The notes below the pieces were generated by a model, which was not told the DNA's origin, did no database searches, and saw only the letters and a list, made by a program, of their open reading frames with translations. Source: Mobula birostris (taxonomy: Eukaryota). Taken from it: DNA of 64,000 nt. The position numbers were made by a program, and so were the translations under genes. The stretch is taken from positions 92,510,295 through 92,574,294 of the forward strand of contig NC_092382.1 of assembly GCF_030028105.1 (NCBI RefSeq), in the 5' to 3' direction. Of this stretch, positions 12,371 through 24,189 are shown piece by piece; the first letter of the stretch is position 1; each line of letters starts with the position of its first letter.

Positions 12371-13899
12371 TCTGCGCTGATTCTGTTCATTTACCGTCAA
12401 TCCAATGGAGACGCAGCCTTTCCTGGATGAAATCCTCCGTCGATAACTATTGGAACTAATATACTATTTTATAGTACTGTAGTGATATTGTGTACTTCAT
12501 TTAAATACACAACTTAAAAAAACTTAATTTAAAGAGTAGTTTGACTTTTTTTAAATACCTTTTGAACCATTTCCATGAAACTTCGGCTAACTGGGGCAGC
12601 CTCTTAGTTGGGCCAAAATGTAGAGGTTCTGATGTATCCCGTGTGACGTGAAGTAGGCTCACGGGTTTGGTGAGCGAGTTTGCAAAGACTGACTAGGAAT
12701 AAGCATAATAATTATTTATATACAAAGAGTAAAAGATTCGACAGAACATTTAAGTTCCACCAAGTTACACTAAGTACAAAACGAAGCGACAGGGGCGGTC
12801 GGGCTCAGGAACCCTTCTGTCTCTCTGAATGAAATTTAAACCCCCAAGCGGAATCGCGCACAATAGAGGGAGACACTAAAACCCTTCGCCATTGCAGAAT
12901 TATTCAGCGGCGGTGAAAGCCCGCCAGGGGACGATGAAATAGGCTCTGCGTGTGGTCACGCCAGCGGGCTCCCATATAATGAGTAGAGTTGTCTATAACA
13001 GGACAAGCAGTGGGTCGCCCTGTGAGTACTGCGACTCATTTGTTGTAGTGTTCGGAGTAATAGAAGAGGCAGCGGGTAGCCAGGTACGGAAGTTGGATAA
13101 ACAGACGGGGAGTGGGGGATTCCCGCATGACCCGGAAGGAAGTCTTTGTGGTGTTGGTCAAAACTGTGGTCACGAAGGAGCAGGTAAATGGTGTTCCCGC
13201 CTCCACCCTCGATGCAATATGGAGGGAGTAATGCCTGAGGCAGCGGGTAAAGGAGGACATTGACAGGGAGCTTTCTCCCGATTAGGGCCTCTTTTATCCT
13301 CCGCTGGATTCCTCGCATCCAATTCAGGATTTCCTACGTTCCTGCCCTGGAGGCGATACGAAGGACCATGGCTGACCACCAACAGCAGCAGGTGCCGGGG
13401 TATGGTTAGCGCCTTCGCGCCTCATTACTGTTGGGGTGTGGTCGTTCGTCCTGTATCCCTCTTCCCTGTCAGTACAGTGTGAATGGCTTGAGAGCGGGAG
13501 AAACGTTGCTTGTGTGCGTGTCCATTTAGCAGAATGTGCACCGCACATTTAGCAGAATCGGACCCCGCCGAGCTGTTTTTTTCTTTCCTTTTGTTCTAGT
13601 ACATAGAATAATACAGCACAGGAACAGGGCCTGCGGCCCACAATGGCACCCAAACACTGATCCCTTGAGATATTCCCACAATCAATTATCTCACTTTAAG
13701 GACTCTATCTTGCTATTTCATGTCGTCATTATTTATTTATGTTTGTTCTGCTGTCCTCTAGTTTATCTTTCATTGATTATGTTATGGTTACTACTCAATG
13801 GATTTGCTGCAAATTCCCAGAGGAAAATGAATCTCCGGCTAGTATGCGGTGAAATATATGTTGTTTTGTGGTGATAGACAGTACATGTAGCCTCATAAT

Positions 13900-16710
13900 A
13901 GCAATTACTGTGACTTCACTGTACACTTTCCCCTCATACCCAATCCCTCCATCTTACTCACATCCATGTGCCTATCTAAATGTCTCTTCAAAACCTCGAA
14001 TGTATTTGTCCCTACCACCAAACCAGGCAGCGTATTCTAGATATCCACCACTCTCTGAGGAAAAAACAATTAAACCTCATATCCTCTTTGAACCTCTCCT
14101 TTCTCACTTTCAATGCCTGCCCTGTGGTATTAAACGGTTCAAACCAGTCTACACTATCAATGCTTCTCGTAATCTGATGAAATTCTGTCAGATCTCCCCT
14201 CAGCCTCCGAAGCCCCACAGAAGACAGCCGAAGTTTGTCTCGCCCCTCGTGATAGCACATGCCCTCTAAGTTAGGGAGACTGCTGATCAACCTCTACCGC
14301 ATCCTTGACAAAGCTGCAGCATTTTTCCTGTCGTGTGACGACCAGAACAACAAGCAACACTCCAGATGTGGCCTAACTCGAGTTTTATAAAGTTGCAGCA
14401 TAACCTCTTTACTTTTAAGCTCAATGCCTGGACTAGTAACCATATAAACATATAACAATTACAGCACGGAAACAGGCCATCTCGGCCCTTCCAGGCCATG
14501 CTGAACCCTTACTCTCACCTAGTCCCACCAACCTGCACTCAGCCCATAACCCTCCATTCCTTTCCTGTCCATGTATCTATCCAATTTAACTTCAAACGAC
14601 AACATCGAACCTGCCTCAACCACTTCTGCTGGAAGCTCGTTCCACACAGCTACCACTCTCTGAGTAAAGAAGTTCCCCCTCATGTTACCCCTAAACTTCT
14701 GCCCTTTAACTCTCAACTCATGGCCTCTCATTTGAATCTCCCCTACTCTCAATGGAAAAAGTCTATCCACAACAACTCTATCAATCCCCCTCATAATTTT
14801 AAACACCTCTATCAAGTCCCCCCTCAACCTTCTATGCTTCAAGGAATAAAGACCTCACTTGTTCAATCTTTCTCTGTAACTTAGCAGATGAAACCCAGGC
14901 AACATTTTAGTAAACCTCCACTGTACTCTCTCAATTTTGTTGACAACTTTCCTATAATTTGGTGACCAGAACTGTACACAATACTCCAAATTTGGCCTTA
15001 CCAATGCCTTGTACAATTTCAACATTACATCCCAACTCCTATACTCAATGCGCTGATTTATAAAGGCCAGCATACCAAAAGCTTTCTTCACCACCCTATC
15101 CACATGAGATTCCACCTTCAGGGAACTATGCACCATTATTCCTAGATCCCTCTGTTCTACTGCCTTCTTCAATGCCCTACCATTTACCATGTACATCCTA
15201 ATTTGATTAGTCCTACCAAAGTGTAGCACCTCACATTTTTCAGCATTAAACTCCATCTGCCATCTTTCAGCCCACTCTTCTTACTGTCCTAAATTTCTCT
15301 GCAAGCTTTGAAAACCTACTTCATTATCCACAATTCCACCGATCTTAATATCATCTGCATACTTACTAATCCAATTTGCCACCCCATCATCCAGATCATT
15401 AATGTATATGACAAACAACATTGGACCCAGTACAGATCCCTGAGGCACACCACTAGTCACCGGCCTCCAATCTGACAAACAGTTATCCACCACTACTCTC
15501 TGGCACCTCTCATCCAGCCACTGCTGAATCCATTTTACTACTTCAATATTAATACCTAATGATTGAACCTTCCGTGTGGAACCTTGTCAAAGGCCTTACT
15601 GAAGTCCATATAGACAACATCCACCGCTTTACCCTCATCAACTTTCCAAGTAACCTCTTAAAAAAATTCAATAAGATTTGTCAAACATGACCTTCCACGC
15701 ACAAATCCATGTTGACTGTTCCTAATCAGACCGTGTCTATCCAGATAATTATATATACCATCTCTAAGAATACTTTCCATCAATTTACCCACCACTGACG
15801 TCAAACTCACAGGCCGATAATTGCTAGGTTTACTCTTAGAACTCTTTTTAAACAATGGAACAACATGAGCAATATGCCAATCCTCCGGCATCATCCCTGT
15901 TCTAATGACATTTGAAATATTTCTGTCAGAGCGCCTGTTATTTCCACACTAACTTCCCTCAAGGTCCTAGGGAATATTCTGTCAGGACCCGGAGACTTTT
16001 ATATTTTATATTCCTTAAAAGCACCAGTACTTCCTCTTCTTTAATCGTTATAGTTTCCATAACTTCCCTACCTCTTTCCCTTATCTTACATAATTCAATA
16101 TCCTTCTTCTTAGTGAATACCGAAGAAAAGAAATTGTTTGAAATCTTCCCCATCTCTTTTGGCTCCACAAATAGCCGTCCACTCTGATTCTCTAAGGGAC
16201 CAATTTTATCCCTCACTATCCTTTTGCTATTAATATAACTGTAGAAACCCTTTGGATTTATTTTCACTTTACTTGCTAAAGCAACCTCATATCTTCTTTT
16301 AGCTTTTCTAATTTCTTTCTTAAGATTCTTTTTACATTCTTTATATTCCTCGAGCACCTCATTTACTGCATGCTGCTTATATTTATCGTACATCCCTCTC
16401 GTTTTCCAAACCAGGTTTCCAATATCCCTTGAAAACCATGGCACTCTCAAACTTTTAACCTTTCCTTTCAACCTAACAGGAACATAAAGATCCTGTACCC
16501 TCAAAATTTCACCTTTAAATGACCTCCATTTTTCTATTACATCCTTCCCATAAAACAAATTGTCCCAATCCACACCTTCTAAATCCTTTTGCATCTCCTA
16601 AAGTTAGCCTTTCTCCAAACAAAAATCTCAACCCTGGGTCCAGACCTATCCTCCTCCATAATTATATTGAAGCTAATGGCATTGTGATCACTGTACCCGA
16701 AGTGCTCCCC
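13900..16710 (-). mobile_element. CR1 LINE(s): ~2.3 kb ORF2 fragment (14440-16710) plus an older 3' fragment (13900-14430)
   Basis: NYRPVSLTSVVGKLME, QHGFVRGRSCLTNL, GVPQGSVLGP, KYADD and EYCVQFWSP across frameshifted ORFs. Confidence 0.93.
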
Positions 16711-17862
16711 ACATCTCCAGACACACTCACACTGTGTACTGGTTCTGATGTTTACACACATCTCCCAACATAGCCCCCTGCGCAATATTGTCTATTGCGT
16801 GCAATCACCCACGTGAAGGATTCCCCTACATACTGCTGTCTGGTATGTTCACACTGCACCCAGCCCCCCCAGTTCCACCATCTACTGGCGGTCCAGTATG
16901 TAAGCATCCCTTGCAAAACCATCATATTGTACATTGGTGTCTGTTATGAACAGAAAACTCGCATGAGATCCCCCTGTGTATTTGTATCTGTTGTATACAC
17001 AGTGCACAATATCTGTCGCTCTGTATTGTTGTCTGCTTTGCGTACTCACCACCCAAAGTTACATCCGATGCACTTTTGTTTGGCGTAAGCACACACATCC
17101 CAACACTTATTGCCAGTTTATTAGAGCCTGCCATGTACAGATGACTCCCAACACCGTTCTCCTGTGAACTAGCATCTGGCGTGTTGTCACACCTCCCAAG
17201 AGCATCCCCCTGGTGTGTGCAAACATTTTGCAGCATAACTCCATGCGTGTTTTCGCAGACTTTACAACACGGTCTCAAGGTGGACTGGTGTCTGGTTCGT
17301 GCCCACACCTCCCTGAACCGTTCCCCATGTACTGATGCCTAGTGTGTGCTCACATCGCCCAGAAACGGTCAATTTTCTCTGGTGGCATAGTGGCATTTGT
17401 GCCGGACTTCGGGACGAAAGGTCCCGAGTTCGAATCCAGCCAGCTCCCTTGCACGCTTTCCATCCGTGCTGGGTTACGAGCTGGTGATCTCTTTAGAAAG
17501 TCAGCCAGCAGAAGGCAATGGTGAACCACTGCCGTAACTTGCCTCCTACGTGGTTCTCCACTACGTCAGAGAGGCGTGGAGGGAAATCGTCCGCGAACTG
17601 GAGGAACTCCAGATGCGATGTACTTTTCCTTTCCTACCTGATGTGTACACTCATATCACAGCATTGTTCCTCCGCGTACCAGTGTCCCGTGTGCATTCAT
17701 ACACCTTCCCTCACCGCCCCTCTATGTACTGGTGTCTGCTTTGCACACGCACCTCCCAATTGTGTACAGGAGTCTGCCAGGTACACACAACTCTTGCGTA
17801 CTGATAGCTGGTGTGTACAGATATGATCTCCATACCGTACACTGGGCACATTTGTCTGGTGT

Positions 17863-17908
<46 letters not shown>

Positions 17909-18700
17909 CAGCACACTCCACCAGTGTACTGGTTGCTGCCCTATATGCAGGCACATCCGAAAACCACCCCGCCGTGTTGTGTAAAACACCTCCCATCACA
18001 TTGCCTCTCTGTGCCGTTGGCCTTGTGTGCACACACACCTACCAGCACCTGCCCTCGTGTACTAGTTTTTGGTGTCTGCATAGAGTTCGCGGCACCGTTC
18101 CCATGTGTACTGGCGTCTGGTGTGTGCACACACACCCCCACGATATCGTCTCCTCTATACTACTGACACGCACCGCACAGCATTTATCACCTTGTATACA
18201 CGTGTCTGGTTCGGAACATCTCACAGCCTCTGAATATGGTGTCTGGTGTGTGACCACACCTCCCAACACCGCCCCTAGCGTACAGGTATCTGTTGTGCAC
18301 AATCGCCTGCCAACACCGGTCACTGCGGACGGGTGACACACAGAACCTCATACCTTCCCCTAAATACTGCTGTCATAAGTGTGTACAAACCACACTATAC
18401 CGTGCTCCGTGTACTGGTAGATGCTACATGCAAACGAATCCCATCAGGACCCCTGCATACTCGGGCTTCGAGAGCCCTCGTAGCTCCCTGCCCTGTTCAT
18501 TTGTGTCCAGTAGGTAGACACTGCGCACTCTCCCTGGATATACACACATGCACACACCTTTTAACATATTCAGAATGTGAGCAGAGGTCAATTGTGTACA
18601 GGCACATCTCGCTGCATCACCCCCCGACCCCCGGACATTATACAGGGATCTGGTGTGTACACAATTGCTGTGCGCAATGCTACCAGCCCCACCTGCCGGC
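16710..18700. repeat. Degenerate CA/TG-rich satellite (tgtactggtgtctggtgtgtacacac-like) containing a SINE and a (CA)n tract
   Basis: Motif recurs roughly every 45-50 bp; (CA)n at ~17866-17905. Confidence 0.7.
17381..17630 (+). mobile_element. tRNA-derived SINE
   Basis: A box TGGCATAGTGG and B box GAGTTCGAATCC, followed by a non-tRNA body; paralog at 1628. Confidence 0.75.
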
Positions 18701-18759
18701 GAGTCCGTGTCATGACTGATTCCAGTGATAAATTTTTCCTCCCATTGTATCCTCATGCC

Positions 18760-19460
18760 CGGCCTGTTTGCGACTGCACAGGTGGATTGGAACGACTGAC
18801 CCCAGGGAGGAGTTTCAACTTGACCTGTCCCGACCTGCCTCCCGCTGCTGGCCCCGATGTCCCGGACGAGGCGGTCCTTGGGAGAATCCGCAGGGGAGAC
18901 GCATCTGTGAAATGGACCCGGACCGCAGACATTGCGGCCGTCTCCCGGCTGCGCTTTGGGTTGCGGCTTTATTACTGAACTGGAGCACAGAGGTGACCGG
19001 ATAACTCACCGCGCTCCCATCCACTCCCTGAAATTGAGCCGAGTTGACCCGTAAATAAATGTGCTCGTGAAGCAGCTGAAACTCCTCAGGAAAGCCCTCA
19101 AGTTTGCGAAAGGTCGATTGAAACCAGCTCCTGTGATCTGATAATGGACGGAATTCACAATCAGAGTCAGCCACAGGAGAAGGAAGCAGCCCGCAGGAGA
19201 GGGTGAAGAGTAAAACCACAGACCTTCTGCTGCTCTCCATCCCCGGGTCACTGCGGGCTTCCGCCTTGCGGACCCTTCCCCTCAGTCCCTTACGGACCCG
19301 ACCAGCCACTAAAGTATTGCCTGGCCGTCAGAGCGCCGAGCGGCAGAGTTACAGTGAACGGAGTTAAAACCGTGTCGAGCCAGTCAGATCCCACCGAACC
19401 GGGGCCAGAGCGATCACTGGCCATGTCTGAGCAGAAACGCGGTACATTGTCGGTGATCTC
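18760..19460 (-). promoter_or_regulatory. CpG-rich island-like region around a candidate first exon
   Basis: Locally dense CpG/GC unique sequence between repeat blocks. Confidence 0.45.
19010..19240 (-). CDS. Candidate first coding exon of a secreted protein (signal peptide; possible EPO/TPO-like helical cytokine)
   Basis: gggATGG Kozak context; hydrophobic leader VVLLFTLSCGLL; 77 codons ending at a consensus GCG|GTGAGT phase-0 donor. Confidence 0.5.
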
Positions 19461-19849
19461 TCGGTTCCTATGTGAAGTAACCAGGAAGGTTTTGCCCAGC
19501 CGCGTCAGAATGCCGGTAATTTTGGGAAGGGCAGACAATGTTTTCCCGGTGCAGTATTTTCTTTTCAGCTTTTGGCAATAAGTTGTGATAAACCGATCGA
19601 ACGTGAAGTGACGGTGAACCAGACAGTGCAGTCCGTGGCTATGACTGTCAGCACACAGGCGTGATGTCCAGGAAACTACGCCGACAGCAGTGATAATTAA
19701 TCTGGTACAAATTGAATCAGCCATTCAATCACGTACCGGATTGTACCGGATTGATCTGGTACAAATTCAATCCGGTACATGACTGAATGGCGAAGCAGCG
19801 TCGATGGGCCGAATGGCCGACTTCTGCTCCTACATCTTATGGTCTTAAA

Positions 19850-20570
19850 TACAAGGAGATAGCACACTGTTGTTAGCAGAGAGATCTTGGGAACCACATT
19901 CATAGCTCATTGAAAGCGGCTGCACTAATCGATAAAGTGGTTTGGAGGATTTATGAAACGCTTGCTTTTATTACTCGAGGCATTGATTTCAAAAGCCAGG
20001 AGGTAATATTACAACTTTATAAAACTCTGGTTAGGGTGTATCTGGAGCATGGCACACAGTTCTGGCCGACCCAGTATATTAAAGGTGTTGATGCTTTGGA
20101 GAGGGTGCAGAAGAGGTTTACCAGGATGCTGACTGGTTTAGAGGGCATGTGCTATCATGAGAGGCAGGATAAGCTTGGGTTGCTTTCGCTGGAGCATCGG
20201 AGGCTGAGGGGAGATCAGATAGAGGCTCACAAGATTATAAATGAATTGGTCAGAGCGTATCCGTTTCCCAGAGAGTATCTTATACACGAGGGCATGCTTT
20301 GACGTGAGACGTGTAGGAGCAAGCGGGATGTTAGGAAGAAGTCAGAGAGTGGTGGATGCGCTGGCTGGTATGGTGGTAGAGGGAAATTATTACAGGCTTT
20401 CAGGAGACGTATGGATAGGCACATGGATATAAGGAAGATGGAGGTTATATAGACATGGTGTAGGTAGGAGAGATTAGTTTTTGGGTGTTTTTGATTTGTT
20501 TTTTAGCTGGTCCGGCACAACATAGTGGGCCGAACGGCCTGTTTCTGTGTTGTACTCTTCTATGTTCTGT
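19850..20570 (+). mobile_element. CR1 3' fragment
   Basis: LQLYKTLVR..LE...QFW...ERVQKRFTRML; ttctatgttct tail. Confidence 0.88.
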
Positions 20571-21773
20571 TTTATCAGAGCATTCAGGTTTTGCTGGATA
20601 GCCGTATTAAGGATGTTACAATCAATCAATATCGACCTGTACGTTGGACGTTGCTGTTACGGGATCAGTTGAAAGGGTGTACGGTACAGCCGGGAAAGTA
20701 AGACCCCGACCATTCAGAGCCCTTCTCCTCGGGGGTCTGTGCCACGAGGAGCCCGACATCAAGTGCGACACCACGGGGGCCACATGTCGACTGGAGCCAG
20801 CGGTGCGCGCAACCGGAGTGCCTACTTCGGCAGAATACGGACGTACAACACATGAAGGTCAGCTATGAGCGTGCTTTGGAGAGGCGATCATTTCCCGTAT
20901 GCTACGGTTCTTAATTGTAACTTTAATTTAATTTTAGCCATTTTAACTGAACATTCGGATTTTGCTGAATTACGGACGGGACAATCAGTCACACCGGACT
21001 GGCACGTTCGACATTTGCTGCTACAAGGTCATATTTTTGCAGCCGAAAGAGGTAACGGTACAGTACCGCAAATGCTTGCTGACAACGTAACCTATCGGGA
21101 TGAACCTCACGGTTATCCGCTAACAGTAATAGCGTAAGCAAGGAGAGCACCGTTCATTGCCAGGTTAAACTGAGGCGAGGAAGATAAAGCCGACCGGCCG
21201 CAAAGATCAGGTTGGAGGGAGACTTGCAGGATGCAAAACAAAAACGCTGCGACTATAAACAAGTTTTGCTGCGGTGGCTTTCGCAGCCAGTCAGCCAGAA
21301 ATATGTCCTTCAGGGACGTATATTTGTAATAGTTTGACTGAATATTCGCCACTATGGGAAGACAGTAGATACCTTTCAGCAGACGGCAAACCTTTACCAA
21401 CAAGACCCCCTGTTTAAGTACAGTTAGAAGAAGACGCGAGGAAGAACTTAAAAAAGGCGAAGGCCCACGTAACATTCACAGAAAGGAAATGGAAAGCGGT
21501 TGAGTGAGTCAAACTAGGAAGGAGTTGTGGGGAGAAAGGTAATGGAGATATTCCAGTGTTTTTGATATAAATTTTTTAAAATCATATTTTACAGACTATG
21601 ATATTTCGTGAATATATTTTCGCTAGTATTTGATGTAGTCATGTATGCTCGTGTGCCTTTCAGACTGTATTGAAGGATACATGTAAACCGTAGTACGATC
21701 CCCAGAAAGGCAAGCTACTGGCCCCTCAAAACCAGTCGCTTCGGGGAGATTGGTCTCATCAGCCGGTGGAGGG

Positions 21774-21923
21774 NNNNNNNNNNNNNNNNNNNNNNNNNNN
21801 NNNNNNNNNNNNNNNNNNNNNNNNNNNNNNNNNNNNNNNNNNNNNNNNNNNNNNNNNNNNNNNNNNNNNNNNNNNNNNNNNNNNNNNNNNNNNNNNNNNN
21901 NNNNNNNNNNNNNNNNNNNNNNN
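21774..21923. other. Assembly gap (N run)
   Basis: Direct observation. Confidence 0.99.
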
Positions 21924-22119
21924 CTGGAGGTACCGAAGCACGGGCCGCTCAGTGTGTTGGAAAGAGATCTGTGAGGACGCAGTTTGAGTGGAATTGTATA
22001 TCATGAACCCCGGCAGGGCCTCAGCCACTTTGAAATAGGGCAAAAAAAACATACAGGAGCGGAAGAGGTTTTAGCTGTTTCGCGGATGAGCTCGAAAACG
22101 ATGCTCAGGTTCATAACAA

Positions 22120-22880
22120 CTCCTCCATAGAGATCGTTAAGAGCACCAAATTTCTTGGTGTACACCTGGCGGAGAATCTCTCCTGGTCCATCAACTCCAG
22201 CTCCATAGCAAAGAAAGCCCAACAGCGTCTTTACTTTCTGCGAAGGCTGAGAAAAATCCATCTCCCACCCCCCATCCTCACCACATTCTACAGAGGTTGT
22301 ATTGAGAGCATCCTGAGCAGCTGCATCACTGCCTGGTTCAGGAATTGCACCATCTCAGATCACAAGACCCTGCAGCGGATAGTGAGGTCAGCTGAGAAGA
22401 TCATCGGGGTTTCTCTTCCCGCCATTACAGACATTTACACCACTCGCTGCATCCGTAAGACAAACAGCATTATGAAGGACCCCATTCACCCCTCAGACAA
22501 ACTCTTCTCCCTCCTGCCATCTGGCAAAAGGCACCAAAGTATTCAGGCTCTCACGACCAGACTATGTAACAATTTCTTCCCCCAAGCCATCAGACTCCTC
22601 AATACCCAGAGCCTGGACTGACACCAACCTACTGCCCTCTACTGTGCCTATTGTCTTGTTTATTATTTATTGTAATGCCTGCACTGTGTTGTGCACTTTA
22701 TGCAGTGCTGGGTAGGTCTGTAGTCTAGTGTAGTTTTCTGTTGTTTTACGTAGTTCAGTGTAGTTTTTGTATTGGTCATGTAGCACCATGGTCCTGAAAA
22801 ACGTTGTCTCGTTTTTACTGTGTACTGTACCAGCAGTTATGGTCGAAATGACAATAAAAAGTGACTTCACTTGACTTGAG
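22120..22880 (+). mobile_element. Rex1/Babar-type non-LTR retrotransposon 3' end
   Basis: STKFLGVHL...KKAQQRLYFLRRL, LFSLLPSGKR, FFPQAIRLLN; aataaa followed by (gactt)n tail. Confidence 0.88.
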
Positions 22881-23099
22881 GTCCACCAAACAAAAAAATA
22901 GCTGATGTACTGGTCAGAGTGGCGGAGCTGAGTGCACTGGCAAGTACCGCGCCTGTTCATATAAACATAGCACAGTTTGTGTGTTATAACGGCCATGGCG
23001 GTGTACTGGTGGAATGCGGATAAAATGCCTTGCAGGGTAAGGTGATTGGGGAGACTGTCCTGATGTTTGATTTGTGGAGAGTTGGTGATGCTGTAAAGC

Positions 23100-23683
23100 T
23101 TTTCCGATGCATCCTAGGCGTTCGCGCTCGGAGTGGCGGGTTTGGGATTCTCTAGACAGCGGTTATGAACACACTAGTAAACTCCCTGGCTACCTATGGT
23201 GGACAACAGTTAATTGTACCACGTGGAATCTGGGCGTATCGGTTCGATGTCTGGGCTCGCAGTGAGCCAGTGACCTTGTGCGGATGGGAGAGTCGGGGCA
23301 GTCAGTGCCAGTGCAGAGGTTCAGCTGAATAATCTCGGCCCCATGCGTGTCACCATATTGGTGTCGGAACCGACGGCAAATGCACTGGACGGCGAGGTGG
23401 ACCAACACCGATCTGGTGGTAGGTATACCAAAGGTGCATGGAATCGCGAACACGGCAGCCTCTATTTGACCATCAGTAAGCGGTGAACCTCTGAGCTCCG
23501 CAACAATGTGCGTGTTTGCTCACGGACACGAACCCACGGACGACGCTGTTGAGGAGTTCAAGAAGCTCTTCAGTTCTCAATCATCCAAACCCAACCGGTC
23601 CTTCAGCCGTATACGTGGACGCATCTGACGTGGGCGCCGAGGCTAACCTCTCACAGGATGGGAGGCCACACCCTTGATGGGGG
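23100..23683 (+). mobile_element. Decayed Ty3/Gypsy pol fragment (RT-RNase H junction)
   Basis: ...VLNHPNPTGPSAVYVDASDVGAEANLSQ matches the Gypsy RNase H motif DASxxGxGAVLSQ; 5' boundary uncertain. Confidence 0.65.
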
Positions 23684-23985
23684 NNNNNNNNNNNNNNNNN
23701 NNNNNNNNNNNNNNNNNNNNNNNNNNNNNNNNNNNNNNNNNNNNNNNNNNNNNNNNNNNNNNNNNNNNNNNNNNNNNNNNNNNNNNNNNNNNNNNNNNNN
23801 NNNNNNNNNNNNNNNNNNNNNNNNNNNNNNNNNNNNNNNNNNNNNNNNNNNNNNNNNNNNNNNNNNNNNNNNNNNNNNNNNNNNNNNNNNNNNNNNNNNN
23901 NNNNNNNNNNNNNNNNNNNNNNNNNNNNNNNNNNNNNNNNNNNNNNNNNNNNNNNNNNNNNNNNNNNNNNNNNNNNNNNNNNNNN
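23684..23985. other. Assembly gap (N run)
   Basis: Direct observation. Confidence 0.99.
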
Positions 23986-24189
23986 TAGAGAGGAGAACCC
24001 AAGTGTGGGTGGGATACAGAGAATAGCGTGGGGATAGGTTGGAGAGGAGAACTTTGGAGTTAAGGTAGAGAGGGGCACTCGGGGTTTGGTGGAGAGGAGA
24101 GACCGGTGGGTGGTGTACAGTGGAGAGCCCGGGGTGTGGTAGAGACGGGAGCCCGGGGGTTGGGGAAGAGAGGAGAGCCTGGGGGTTGG

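Larger units (their letters stand above)
10640..12640 (+). mobile_element. Tigger/pogo-like non-autonomous DNA transposon interrupted by Penelope and CR1 insertions
   Basis: Host pieces at ~10640-10800, 11745-11965 (ENEVLLDSIVESIV-type acidic remnant) and 12375-12640 (terminal-type ggggcagc...ttgggccaaaatgta); family call from recall. Confidence 0.5.

Noticed and set aside
17381-17450. Arg-TCG-like tRNA gene (also 1628 and 39989)
   Set aside because: Imperfect stems, and the sequence continues into a shared SINE body; tRNA-derived SINE heads
16710-18756. Numerous Cys/His/Thr/Val-rich ORFs
   Set aside because: Products of a degenerate CA/TG-rich satellite
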